In this document: positions 39,681 through 49,330 of the stretch, in pieces
Layout: each line of letters opens with the position of its first letter
Numbering within the stretch: position 1 is the first letter of the stretch
Origin: Minisyncoccota bacterium
Lineage (GTDB): Bacteria > Patescibacteriota > Microgenomatia > UBA1400 > PJMF01
Direction: 5' to 3'
NCBI GenBank assembly: GCA_018646985.1
Contig: JABGTR010000022.1
Span: 4,343-68,342, forward strand
Length of the DNA: 64,000 bases
Notes under the pieces: generated by a model
The model's input: only the letters and a program-made list of their open reading frames with translations
Databases searched by the model: none
What the model was told of the DNA's origin: nothing
Translations under genes and position numbers: made by a program

Positions 39681-39870
39681 CTTCTCCAATCGCCTTACTA
39701 CTACTATGTGTAGTAATTAAAATCAACTTTTAACTTCCCTAAGCTTCGAATTAAATAAAAAAGATAGAATTTTGAAATATAAAAATAATCAAAAATCAAT
39801 TTTATTAAAAAAAATGAGTGACAACTGAAATAGGCAGTAGATATTTTTTAAATTTCTAAAAAAATGACGC
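39681..39870 (+). other. Putative oriC basal unwinding module: GC tetramer, DnaA-trios and AT-rich tract
   Basis: TTCTCCAAT-CGCC-TTACTACTACTA (39682-39706; complement 3'-AAT GAT GAT GAT-5') followed by about 150 bp of very AT-rich DNA. Confidence 0.5.
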
Positions 39871-39983
39871 CAAAAATAAAAGAGGCTTAAGCAATCATAA
39901 AATGATTCAGAACCAGTGTTTGTCAATTGAACAAAACAGATGTACAAAAGTAATACTTAAAACCCATCTACCAGGCTAAGTAT

Positions 39984-39992
39984 TTATGCACA
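39984..39992 (+). promoter_or_regulatory. DnaA-box-like 9-mer TTATGCACA
   Basis: Matches TTWTNCACA. Confidence 0.4.
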
Positions 39993-40289
39993 GACCAGGC
40001 CTAAGGCCATTTAGAGGCTCAAAAACGGCTTTTTATAGGTAGAGATGATATCTTATACCTCCAAACGGGAAGGTAAAACTACTAAAAATGACTTAAAACA
40101 TTAAAAGTAAGTAAAAATGAAATAAATGACCTTTAACTCCAATGAATTCGATTCAAAAAAATAAATAGCACACATCATAGGCAGAGCAGCGCCATAAATT
40201 TATCAAAAAACGAATATCTGCCAAATTAGGGAGTGCATGGCCAGGAACCATGAAATAGAAGCCAAATCAGCTCTTTCGCTTATCCAAGC

Positions 40290-40323
40290 CTTACGTCGCA
40301 AAAGTTATATTGTGCGACATAAG
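40290..40323. other. dif-like Xer recombination site
   Basis: CTTACGTCGCAAAA-GTTATA-TTGTGCGACATAAG: 14-bp inverted arms (12/14 complementary) around a 6-bp spacer; about 0.8 kb upstream of xer. Confidence 0.75.
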
Positions 40324-40478
40324 ACATTATCTGGATATGAGACACAGTCCAAAAGAAGGAGGATGAAGATCACTCCACTCACAAAAGACCCCATAAAACT
40401 TCTCTAAGACTCTTCTTTCTCGGGTAAAATGACTCCCTTTAAGAGAATCACTCAGGTCTCCAAGCTGCTAACTTGTCT

Positions 40479-40563
40479 CCAGGCTAGCCTGGTAAACCAT
40501 GTTCGGGTTTCTTTTAGATAATTCTGGCATCCACTGCTCCCATAGTCACCAGGCTAGCCTGGT
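40479..40563. repeat. Two copies of the perfect palindrome CCAGGCTAGCCTGG, 70 bp apart
   Basis: 40479-40492 and 40549-40562; the second extends to the 16-bp ACCAGGCTAGCCTGGT. Confidence 0.9.
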
Positions 40564-40675
40564 AGGAGCAGAGGCTCCCAGACAGATACCTCTGGGATGT
40601 TTAGTTTATTAGCACCTAATAACTTCTTAATTTGTACTCAACAATATAATTTAATTAGATCCTATAATAAATTAG

Positions 40676-40684
40676 TTTTCCACA
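40676..40684 (+). promoter_or_regulatory. DnaA-box-like 9-mer TTTTCCACA followed by degenerate 10-bp-phased units
   Basis: Matches TTWTNCACA; followed by ATTTTCACGG, CTATATCAAA, CTATATCACT. Confidence 0.4.
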
Positions 40685-40951
40685 ATTTTCACGGCTATAT
40701 CAAACTATATCACTCTCTTCCCTCTCCTCTGGTCTATGAAAAATTTTTATCAGCTCTTCCCCATTGCTTAATCTAGAAAAAAATATTAGCAATTCAGCCT
40801 GAAAATAACTTATTATTGAATAAACCACCCCTTGGAAAGACCTTTTAATTGACCTCAAAGACCAAGCTCTAATTAGCCTTAAAAATCACCACCTTGCTCT
40901 ACTCCACTTTTATTGCATAATTAATGCATGAGTTTGATATAGAAAAATAGA

Positions 40952-41719
40952 TTACTTATAGGGAAAAAGGGTGATGAACATAATCAAGATAAACACTGAT
41001 ACCAGGCTATACTCGCGTAAAGTACTCTCAAACAAGCGTTCTTTCAAAAAGCTATGTAGAATACCAAGGCTCACATAAATGAAAGCCATCGCGAATAAAG
41101 CAATGTTCCATACAGAGAATGGAAAAAATGATAAAGCCATAGTTAACTCAATCAAAAATAGAGTTAGGCAACTACTTAGAAGTAGGATTTCACCGCTAAT
41201 ATAGTCTTCTAGACTGACTGACCACAACGACATCAAAATAAGCGGAAAATGGACCAATCCTAAAAACAAACCATTTAAATAAAATGGCATTCGCAGACCA
41301 AAAATAGTATTGGTAAACAATAAAGAAGTTACTAGGGTAAACAGCAAACCAATTGCATAGGCTGCGTGTAATAGCTGAATAGTCCTCCCCTTAGCCACTG
41401 AATAAATATTGGAGGTTAGAAATAAAGCATACACTCCTACTCCGAACACAGCTAAGAGAACAAACTTACTCATAATTCCATCTGGTAGTAAGAAGTAAAA
41501 CCAACCAACTGAGCTCGCATATAGAGCTGGAAATGGAACAACTGTCAACCATTCGTGAGGTTGTAGATCATCAGCTAGAGCCCAAGCTGATATTAAGTAT
41601 GAAACCACTAAAAATAAGCCAATTGCCCAATATCTAAAATCTAAAGAAACATACTGGACTCCTAGTAAACCTAGGCTTAAAAGAACAGAAGCGATCACAA
41701 ATTTTTCACGACGTCGCAT
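40952..41719 (-). CDS. Conserved multi-pass membrane protein (DUF5656-like)
   Basis: 255 aa hydrophobic; NIYSVAKGRTIQLLHAA and ERLFESTLREY resemble a Microgenomates family as recalled. Confidence 0.6.
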   Translation of the reverse strand: MRRREKFVIASVLLSLGLLGVQYVSLDFRYWAIGLFLVVSYLISAWALADDLQPHEWLTVVPFPALYASSVGWFYFLLPDGIMSKFVLLAVFGVGVYALFLTSNIYSVAKGRTIQLLHAAYAIGLLFTLVTSLLFTNTIFGLRMPFYLNGLFLGLVHFPLILMSLWSVSLEDYISGEILLLSSCLTLFLIELTMALSFFPFSVWNIALFAMAFIYVSLGILHSFLKERLFESTLREYSLVSVFILIMFITLFPYK

Positions 41720-41737
41720 AAGTAAAAGTATTGTACT

Positions 41738-42304
41738 CTATTCCTTACTTCCCCACACCCCAGTGCAGAAGACTTCCTCAACATCTTCGATCTCTAAAAT
41801 AGCATCCATTAAGTCTTGGAGCTGTTGCTGAGTGCTTTCATCCTCAACTGGCATCGGCATCACACACATATAAGCCTCTTCTCCGCTCTGACTGCGATTA
41901 AACATATACATGGCACTACCTGGAGCACCCATACTCCCGCCAGCTTTAGAAAAGGCATTTTTTAACTCTGAGCTCATCCGATTGACACTATCGGTTGCCA
42001 CCGTCACTAACATCCCGATTCCTCCAGGACCAAAGCCTTCATAGACTATCTCTTGCACTGCACCGCTGGCTCCTTTTCCCAAACCCTTATTAATAGCTCG
42101 CGCAATATTCTCTTTAGGCATATTTGCTATTCTAGTTTTCTCGAGAATAGTTCTTAAAGTTGGGTTTTGATCTGGGACTCCAGATTTACCCTCCTTAACA
42201 GCTGCTCTAATCTGACGAGCCAACTGACCAAAGACCTTCCCTTTTTTCTTATCTTGGGCGCCCTTACGATTCTTAATGTTATTCCATTTGCTGTGTCCTG
42301 ACAT
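41738..42304 (-). CDS. yebC: YebC/PmpR family protein (short form)
   Basis: MSGHSKWNNIK, NMPKENIARAI, YEGFGPGG, EIEDVEEVF; 188 aa. Confidence 0.9.
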   Translation of the reverse strand: MSGHSKWNNIKNRKGAQDKKKGKVFGQLARQIRAAVKEGKSGVPDQNPTLRTILEKTRIANMPKENIARAINKGLGKGASGAVQEIVYEGFGPGGIGMLVTVATDSVNRMSSELKNAFSKAGGSMGAPGSAMYMFNRSQSGEEAYMCVMPMPVEDESTQQQLQDLMDAILEIEDVEEVFCTGVWGSKE

Positions 42305-42402
42305 AAATATCAATTCCTTTCTTCAATAAGATTGTAAGATTTTTGTTGTCAGTTGACAATCAGAGGCTGCCAATGTATTCTTCGTCGTTACAAATTAAAA
42401 TT

Positions 42403-43146
42403 ATGAGTCAAATACTTAAACTCCAACAACGAGCTATTAAAGCTGCTAAAATACAGAACTGGGAAGAGGCTTGTCGAGCTAATCAAGAATTAATTGAGCT
42501 TAAACCTCAAGACACAAGTGCTCTAAATCGTCTTGGAGCCACTTATCTCCAGCTGAGTAAAATTCGAAAAGCTCAACAGACTTTTAAAAAGGTTCTAGAA
42601 ATAGACAAATCAAATAAGCTCGCTCTAAAGCATCTTCAAAAAATCAAAGATAAGCAAGTTACTTCCTTACCAGCTTTTTCAAATGAATCTTTCATTGAAG
42701 AGCCTGGAAAAACTAAATCTATCGAGCTCTACCGCTTAGCAGACAAAAATGTCTTAAAAAAGATAGCTATTGGTCAAGAGTGTTTACTTCAACCCAAAAA
42801 CAGATATATTTCGATCTGTGTTGGTAAAACTTACATTGGCTCCCTACCCGAGGATCTCTCATTTAGACTCGCCAAATTGATTAAGTCTGGTAATAAATAT
42901 GCTTGTAGAGTCAGATCGTGTGATGGCATCCATTGCATAGTCCACATTAGAGAGGTTGAACGCTCTACTTCCAATCGGAACATAGCTTCTTTCTCCAATA
43001 ATCAAACCAATGCCAACATTGCCACTATCAATGAAGTTGATGAATCAATGATCGAAAAAAATATTCCAGTTGAGATAGTAGATACTGACACCGATGCTGA
43101 AAAAAGTCTTGAGGACGTTAGCACTCCAAAAGATTACTTAGATTAA
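42403..43146 (+). CDS. TPR-repeat protein with possible HIRAN-like central domain
   Basis: TPR helices (DTSALNRLGATY...FKKVLEIDKSNKLA); FIEEPGKTK; YIGSLPEDLSFRLAKLIKSG. Confidence 0.65.
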   Translation: MSQILKLQQRAIKAAKIQNWEEACRANQELIELKPQDTSALNRLGATYLQLSKIRKAQQTFKKVLEIDKSNKLALKHLQKIKDKQVTSLPAFSNESFIEEPGKTKSIELYRLADKNVLKKIAIGQECLLQPKNRYISICVGKTYIGSLPEDLSFRLAKLIKSGNKYACRVRSCDGIHCIVHIREVERSTSNRNIASFSNNQTNANIATINEVDESMIEKNIPVEIVDTDTDAEKSLEDVSTPKDYLD

Positions 43147-44024
43147 GTTTGCCAAATCTTTTCCAATAAAAATTATTAAGTCAGCTCGATACTCTTGCTG
43201 AAGCTGATGATGAACTTGCTTGGTAACTTTACTGGGGAATAAAACCTGCAAGCGTTGTGATAGTGACTGGCAAGAACCATGCTCTGAATCAAAAGAAAAG
43301 GTTGAAAGTTGATAAGGACTATTCTGATCAGTGACTCTAATTACTATTGCCCCATTTTTTTCCAAAATATCAGATACTTTTAATGCTAAACCAGTTTTTT
43401 CTGTAGTATTAACTACGGCTACGCTACAGCCTTCATAAAGAACCACGTTATCTAAAATATTCAACTCATCAACTGAAGCATAGTTGTCTTCAAAAGTGAT
43501 CTGTTCAGTTGGCACTGATCTAGTAAAAAAGAAGGCTTTGAGCAATTCAATAGATTCCTGAGGATTTGCAATGTGGCTGAGAGCTGTTGTCCACAACTGT
43601 TGCTGGAGTTGTTTTTTATTACTTATTAGAGCGTTTGGTTTAATATCAGCAATATTATCCACCAAAGTTTCTGTGCCCCAACTTAAAGCTGCTAAATTAA
43701 AATCATTTTTTTTTCGCTCCATAGTTAAGAGTGGATAGACTCTTTCTAACTCATAATCACCATAGCCACCCAAAACCGAAACCTGACTAGATTTAAGAGG
43801 AGTTACCGTAATCTCACTAGTAGATGGGAAAAAATATGCCATATATATTTGGCTTTTTGGAGAGTCTATTTCTGAAGAAGTGAACAATATGTTTTTAAAA
43901 TTATCTAAGGCAAATAAGCGTGGACCAACCACCCAAACTGAACTCAACAAAATGATCAATAAACCGAATGTTGTGGTTATAGTAATTAAGAAATACTTTA
44001 AAATTTTTAAAATTAATTTAGTCA

Positions 44025-44025
<1 letters not shown>
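43138..44025 (-). CDS. Membrane-anchored LytR C-terminal domain protein (degenerate LCP)
   Basis: N-terminal TM; VAVVNTTEKTGLALKVSDILEKNG...ADLIIFIGKD. Confidence 0.75.
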
Positions 44026-45161
<1,136 letters not shown>

Positions 45162-45208
45162 TCAATGAGTATATCGCAATAATACTTTAGAAAAACCACA
45201 TGAAATAT

Positions 45209-46081
45209 TTATTTCATAAATCCTGGTTTAATTTTTGAAGAAAGAACTGCTTTTGTAGATTTTCTGATTTCAGCATGCCAATCAGTCGATAAACTAGTAT
45301 CAGGACCTTTCTCCAAAATTGTTAATGCTTCTTTCAAAGTGTTATAAATATGCTGTTGATAACCTCTAATACCATAGGGTTGATAATTATACCTTCTACT
45401 ATCAAAGAAAACTGGTCTAACACTAGGCGAAAACCTAGCTAAATTTCTTTCATCACCTTTTTCACCAAGCCAAGCTCTCATCCCAATACTAGGGTTATCA
45501 TGATCCTTTATCTCAGCTAATTGTCTCACATGCATTTTTATATCATCTATCCAGCTACACAAGCTAGATAATTTATCTTCAGCAGATTCAACTGCGATTA
45601 ACTCTGCTGGAGGCATAATATTAATCCAAAAATCTTCATCATCTGCTTGAGCCTGCAAAAAAGCTGCATTCTTTTCAAGATAGTCTTGCCTTAAAATTTC
45701 CCAAGGCTCGGGTAGATTACTCTCAAGTCTCCCATTTTCAGTTTTTTCACCGTCCTCATTTTTTATCTCTGTCCAAGAGACCAAAGCTTCCCAGTTATTA
45801 TCACCAAACTTATTTTTAATTGCATCTTCAAGTATCTGACTTGCTTCAGATGCAGCTTTTTTAAAAAGTTCTAATTGTCTTTTAGCGCTTTTATCTAATC
45901 TTTCCCTCAAGTCACTGACTCTTTCACGCTCCTCTTGGCTAAGACTACCCAAGTACTCTTCTACACTTTTTTCTCCTCTTTCACTAGCCCAAAAATAATC
46001 ATTTATAAGATCACGAGAGTTTTTTTTGTGACTGTTCATCCCATCATTTTCTTGTGCTGATATTTCCTGTTCCTCATTCAT
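45209..46081 (-). CDS. Hypothetical protein
   Basis: About 290 aa, charged and helical; GGAG RBS before ATG 46081; no recognised motif. Confidence 0.6.
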   Translation of the reverse strand: MNEEQEISAQENDGMNSHKKNSRDLINDYFWASERGEKSVEEYLGSLSQEERERVSDLRERLDKSAKRQLELFKKAASEASQILEDAIKNKFGDNNWEALVSWTEIKNEDGEKTENGRLESNLPEPWEILRQDYLEKNAAFLQAQADDEDFWINIMPPAELIAVESAEDKLSSLCSWIDDIKMHVRQLAEIKDHDNPSIGMRAWLGEKGDERNLARFSPSVRPVFFDSRRYNYQPYGIRGYQQHIYNTLKEALTILEKGPDTSLSTDWHAEIRKSTKAVLSSKIKPGFMK

Positions 46082-46174
46082 AAATACTCCTTGCAACTAG
46101 TACTAACTAAATATTACTCTCTCTCTGGAAAAATCAATCGAGATTAGCTTGACTAATTTTGTTAGAATAGCGGT

Positions 46175-46462
46175 ATGAGCTTATTAAGTGTTCCTACAAG
46201 TAAAAAACCATTGTTTTGGTCAGCTGATATCAATAAACTGGATAAACAAAAACATAGAAAATATATCATTCATCAGGTATTGCAGTATGGCTCTATCACT
46301 GATATTGAGTGGCTCAAACAATACTACTCTCAAACAGATATTAAACAAACTTTTTGCGATCAACCTAGAAAAACCTACTCAACACGCACCTTTAACTTCA
46401 TTAAGAACTACCTATTAAAAATTAATGGTCACCTTGACCCCAATCAATATGTCACACTTTAG
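46175..46462 (+). CDS. DUF6922-like small protein, putative antitoxin
   Basis: LFWSADINKLD...YIIHQVLQYG..TDIEWL; upstream of an AbiEii-like gene. Confidence 0.7.
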   Translation: MSLLSVPTSKKPLFWSADINKLDKQKHRKYIIHQVLQYGSITDIEWLKQYYSQTDIKQTFCDQPRKTYSTRTFNFIKNYLLKINGHLDPNQYVTL

Positions 46463-47069
46463 TGAAAATACTATCTCAGATAAGCAAAAAGAGTTACTTC
46501 TCCTGCTTGCTGACACCAAACTCGGAAAACTCACTGGTGGAACTGCTCTTGCCCTTCAGATTGGACATCGTCTTTCTTATGATCTTGATTTTGTCACAGA
46601 TAAAAAAATTACTTCACTAAACACAAGTATACTTAAAAAGAAGCTGAAGTCTTATAATCTCACTCAACTTCTAGAAACAGATACTCAATACACTGCTTTC
46701 GCTGATGATATCAAGATCACTCTCTTCCAAGATCCTATTCCAACTACTCATAATTCTGTTTTTTTTAAAAATGCGGAACTAGTCTCAATACAAGACATTT
46801 TTGCAACTAAACTTTATATCCTGGGCAAAAGAGCTACTTGGAGAGATTATTGTGATATTGCTATTTGTTTAGACCAAGAGATCGTCACCTTAAAAGAAGG
46901 CATAAACGAAGCTACTCAGCGCTATAGTATTGCTGAAAGATGGATTCTTGAACCCATGATCTATTTCGATGATATAGAAATGATGCCAGTTGAATGGATA
47001 AAAAAAGAATACAGCGAAAAACAAATCAAAGAAATTTTACAAACTGCAGTAAATAATTACTTACAATAA
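46449..47069 (+). CDS. AbiEii/AbiGii-family nucleotidyltransferase toxin
   Basis: LTGGTALALQIGHRLSYDLDF; IFATKLYILGKRATWRDYCD. Confidence 0.85.
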   Translation: MSHFSENTISDKQKELLLLLADTKLGKLTGGTALALQIGHRLSYDLDFVTDKKITSLNTSILKKKLKSYNLTQLLETDTQYTAFADDIKITLFQDPIPTTHNSVFFKNAELVSIQDIFATKLYILGKRATWRDYCDIAICLDQEIVTLKEGINEATQRYSIAERWILEPMIYFDDIEMMPVEWIKKEYSEKQIKEILQTAVNNYLQ

Positions 47070-47088
47070 GTTAGTTACTATCTAGCTA

Positions 47089-47547
47089 CTACTCCCCAAT
47101 TTCGTAGCGAGTGAATCTGTTAACGACTAGTTTTTCTCCGAGTAAGCCACTGGTCTCTTTGACTAGGTCTTCAATGGTGATTTTGCCATCACGAATATAG
47201 TCTTGGGCTAAAAGCTCAGCCACATCAGCTGGATTCATCGCCACCACTTGCATGGCCACATTTTTAGCAACTTCTTGAAGTTTTTCATTAAGAGCTACAA
47301 AATCAGTCTCACAGAGAATCTCAACTAAAGCAGCTGTTTTGTTGTCAGCATGTACATAGCTAGCGATATAACCTTCTTTAGTCTCTCGGTCAGATTTTTT
47401 ATCAGCTTTAATTAAACTTTTCTCACGCAGAATTTCTTGAGCTTTGACGAAGTCTCCTTCAGCAGCAGTGAGGGCTTTTTTACAGTCCATCATTCCTGCA
47501 CCAGTTTCTTCTCTAAGTTTTTTGATATCGGCAACAGTAACAGCCAT
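47089..47547 (-). CDS. tsf: Elongation factor Ts (short form, 152 aa)
   Basis: IKKLREETGAGMMDCKKAL, EILCETDFVA, GEKLVVNRFTR; ATG at 47547. Confidence 0.95.
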   Translation of the reverse strand: MAVTVADIKKLREETGAGMMDCKKALTAAEGDFVKAQEILREKSLIKADKKSDRETKEGYIASYVHADNKTAALVEILCETDFVALNEKLQEVAKNVAMQVVAMNPADVAELLAQDYIRDGKITIEDLVKETSGLLGEKLVVNRFTRYEIGE

Positions 47548-47548
47548 A

Positions 47549-48334
47549 TTACTTATCCCCTTTCTTATCTTCCTTCTTAACAGTTTTCGCTCCAGGTTTA
47601 GCAGCGAGTTTAACACCAGGTTTAGCAGCTCTACCCTTAGAGTAAGCTTCTATCAACTGATCGACAATAAACTCAATACTAGTTCTGCCATCATCATTAG
47701 CTGGAATAACAATATCTACTGACTGAGGATCAGTATCAGTATCAACCAAAGCAATTACTGGAACATCCATCATTAGAGCTTCTTTGAGGACAATTTTTTC
47801 TTTTTTAGGATCAATAACGAAGACTGCATCAGGAATTTTCTTCAGCTCTCGTAAACCATCGAAGAATCGAGCGTAACGACCAGCTTCTTTTTCGAGCTGA
47901 GTTTGCTCAAACTTGGTGTACATTTTGTATTTATCTTCTTTTAATCCTTTTTCGATCTCGAGCATTTTTCGGAGTGATTTTCCAACTTGCTGCCAGTTAG
48001 TGAGTAATCCACCCAACCAACGAGAAACAATCCAATGTACTTTTGCTTCAACAGCTTTTTCCTTGACAGTCTCTCTAGCTTGACGCTTGGTGCCGACAAA
48101 AATAACGACTTTACCTTCTTTTCCTAAATGATAAAAATAGTTGTAAGCTAATACTAATTGAGAAGCAGTTTTTTCTAGATCAATAATGTGAATTCCCTCT
48201 TGTTTAGAGTAAATCCATTTGGCCATTTTAGGATGCCAACTACTCGCATCACTACCGAAATGGCAGCCAGCTTCTAATAAATCTCGCAGATCATAATCTG
48301 GAGCAACATTCTCTAATTTTGAGATATCAATCAT
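47549..48334 (-). CDS. rpsB: 30S ribosomal protein S2
   Basis: LLEAGCHFG, WHPKM, FVGTKRQA, RWLGGLLTNW, DTDTDP, IPANDD. Confidence 0.96.
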   Translation of the reverse strand: MIDISKLENVAPDYDLRDLLEAGCHFGSDASSWHPKMAKWIYSKQEGIHIIDLEKTASQLVLAYNYFYHLGKEGKVVIFVGTKRQARETVKEKAVEAKVHWIVSRWLGGLLTNWQQVGKSLRKMLEIEKGLKEDKYKMYTKFEQTQLEKEAGRYARFFDGLRELKKIPDAVFVIDPKKEKIVLKEALMMDVPVIALVDTDTDPQSVDIVIPANDDGRTSIEFIVDQLIEAYSKGRAAKPGVKLAAKPGAKTVKKEDKKGDK

Positions 48335-48418
48335 ACTTGTCCTTATTTATTCGCCTAAAGCGAAGTGGTTTTGGTCTGATAGTCAGGACTATTTGATGGA
48401 CCAACACCGTAATTTTTA

Positions 48419-49303
48419 TTAAGCAGCAATTATAACACAACTCTTGAGTAAGCTCATTACCGTCATCGGCCCAACTCCTCCTGGAACTGGAGTAATGAAA
48501 GCAGCTTTGTCTTTCATTGACTCTAAATCAACATCTGGTCGTGGTTCACCCACATCAATTACTACCACCCCTTCCTTAACCATCTCTCCGGAAATGAGGT
48601 GTTTGACACCGGTAGCACTAATGATAATGTCAGCATCTAGAAACTTTTTATTTGAGCTCATCCTCTGCTTAACATCGTCTCTAGTAAGTAGCTTCACTTG
48701 GAAACCTTGTTTTTGCAGCTCACGGAAAACTGGCTGACCGACAATATCTGATCTGCCTAAAACTAAAATTTGGAGTTGTTTTTGAGCAGTTGGGGAAATT
48801 TTTAATTCTAAAAAGGCTTTGTTTAAAATTGTCATCACTGCCTTGGCAGTTGCGGGTAAGACTTTATCTTGATCAGGGTGTAAGCCATCAACATCTTTAG
48901 CTAACTCAATTTTTGAAGTCAAAAACTGCCACCAACTATTAAAAGCCTGCCTGACTGCTTTATTACCCTTCATCTGATCAATTCCCTTGACTTCAGCCCA
49001 AGTGTTACGCCATGGTTTTTGAATAATAATTCCAGTCACGGTCAAATCACCATTAAGCTCTGCTAACTTCTGTTCAACTTCATCTGTGCCTTCAGTCATC
49101 GAGAATTCATGTGCTTCATACTCAATCCCCACTCGAGCAGCTGCTTCACTCTTCAATCGTGTGTAAAGTTGACTACCTTGGTCTTCGGTAAATAAAATGG
49201 CGGCAATTTTTAGCTTCACTCCCCCATCTCGTAGATCCTGGACCTCTTGCTTAAGGTCTTTTTCCTGCTGGGCGGCTAATTTATCACCATCAAAAATAAT
49301 CAT
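48419..49303 (-). CDS. folD: Methylenetetrahydrofolate dehydrogenase/cyclohydrolase FolD
   Basis: GSQLYTRLK, KDVDGLHP, LGRSDIVGQP, ITPVPGGVGPMTV. Confidence 0.9.
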   Translation of the reverse strand: MIIFDGDKLAAQQEKDLKQEVQDLRDGGVKLKIAAILFTEDQGSQLYTRLKSEAAARVGIEYEAHEFSMTEGTDEVEQKLAELNGDLTVTGIIIQKPWRNTWAEVKGIDQMKGNKAVRQAFNSWWQFLTSKIELAKDVDGLHPDQDKVLPATAKAVMTILNKAFLELKISPTAQKQLQILVLGRSDIVGQPVFRELQKQGFQVKLLTRDDVKQRMSSNKKFLDADIIISATGVKHLISGEMVKEGVVVIDVGEPRPDVDLESMKDKAAFITPVPGGVGPMTVMSLLKSCVIIAA

Positions 49304-49330
49304 GGACTATATTGTACCTGAGAAAGCTAA

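Noticed and set aside
40456-40570. CRISPR array
   Set aside because: Only two 14-16-bp copies, 70 bp apart; no cas genes in the window
38528-40951. Xer gene as an integron integrase or prophage integrase
   Set aside because: No IntI-specific insertion was evident, and no attC array or phage genes are nearby; the flanking genes are housekeeping and a dif-like site is adjacent
39467-40951. tmRNA, RNase P RNA, rRNA or a group I intron in the long intergenic region
   Set aside because: No GGGG...TCCACCA tmRNA ends, GAGGAAAGTCC RNase P motif or rRNA signatures were seen; an unknown ncRNA cannot be excluded (small hairpins at about 40181-40222 and 40576-40597)
47578-47630. Direct repeat CCAGGTTTAGCAGC resembling the palindrome half-site
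   Set aside because: It encodes the duplicated AAKPG peptide in the S2 C-terminal tail
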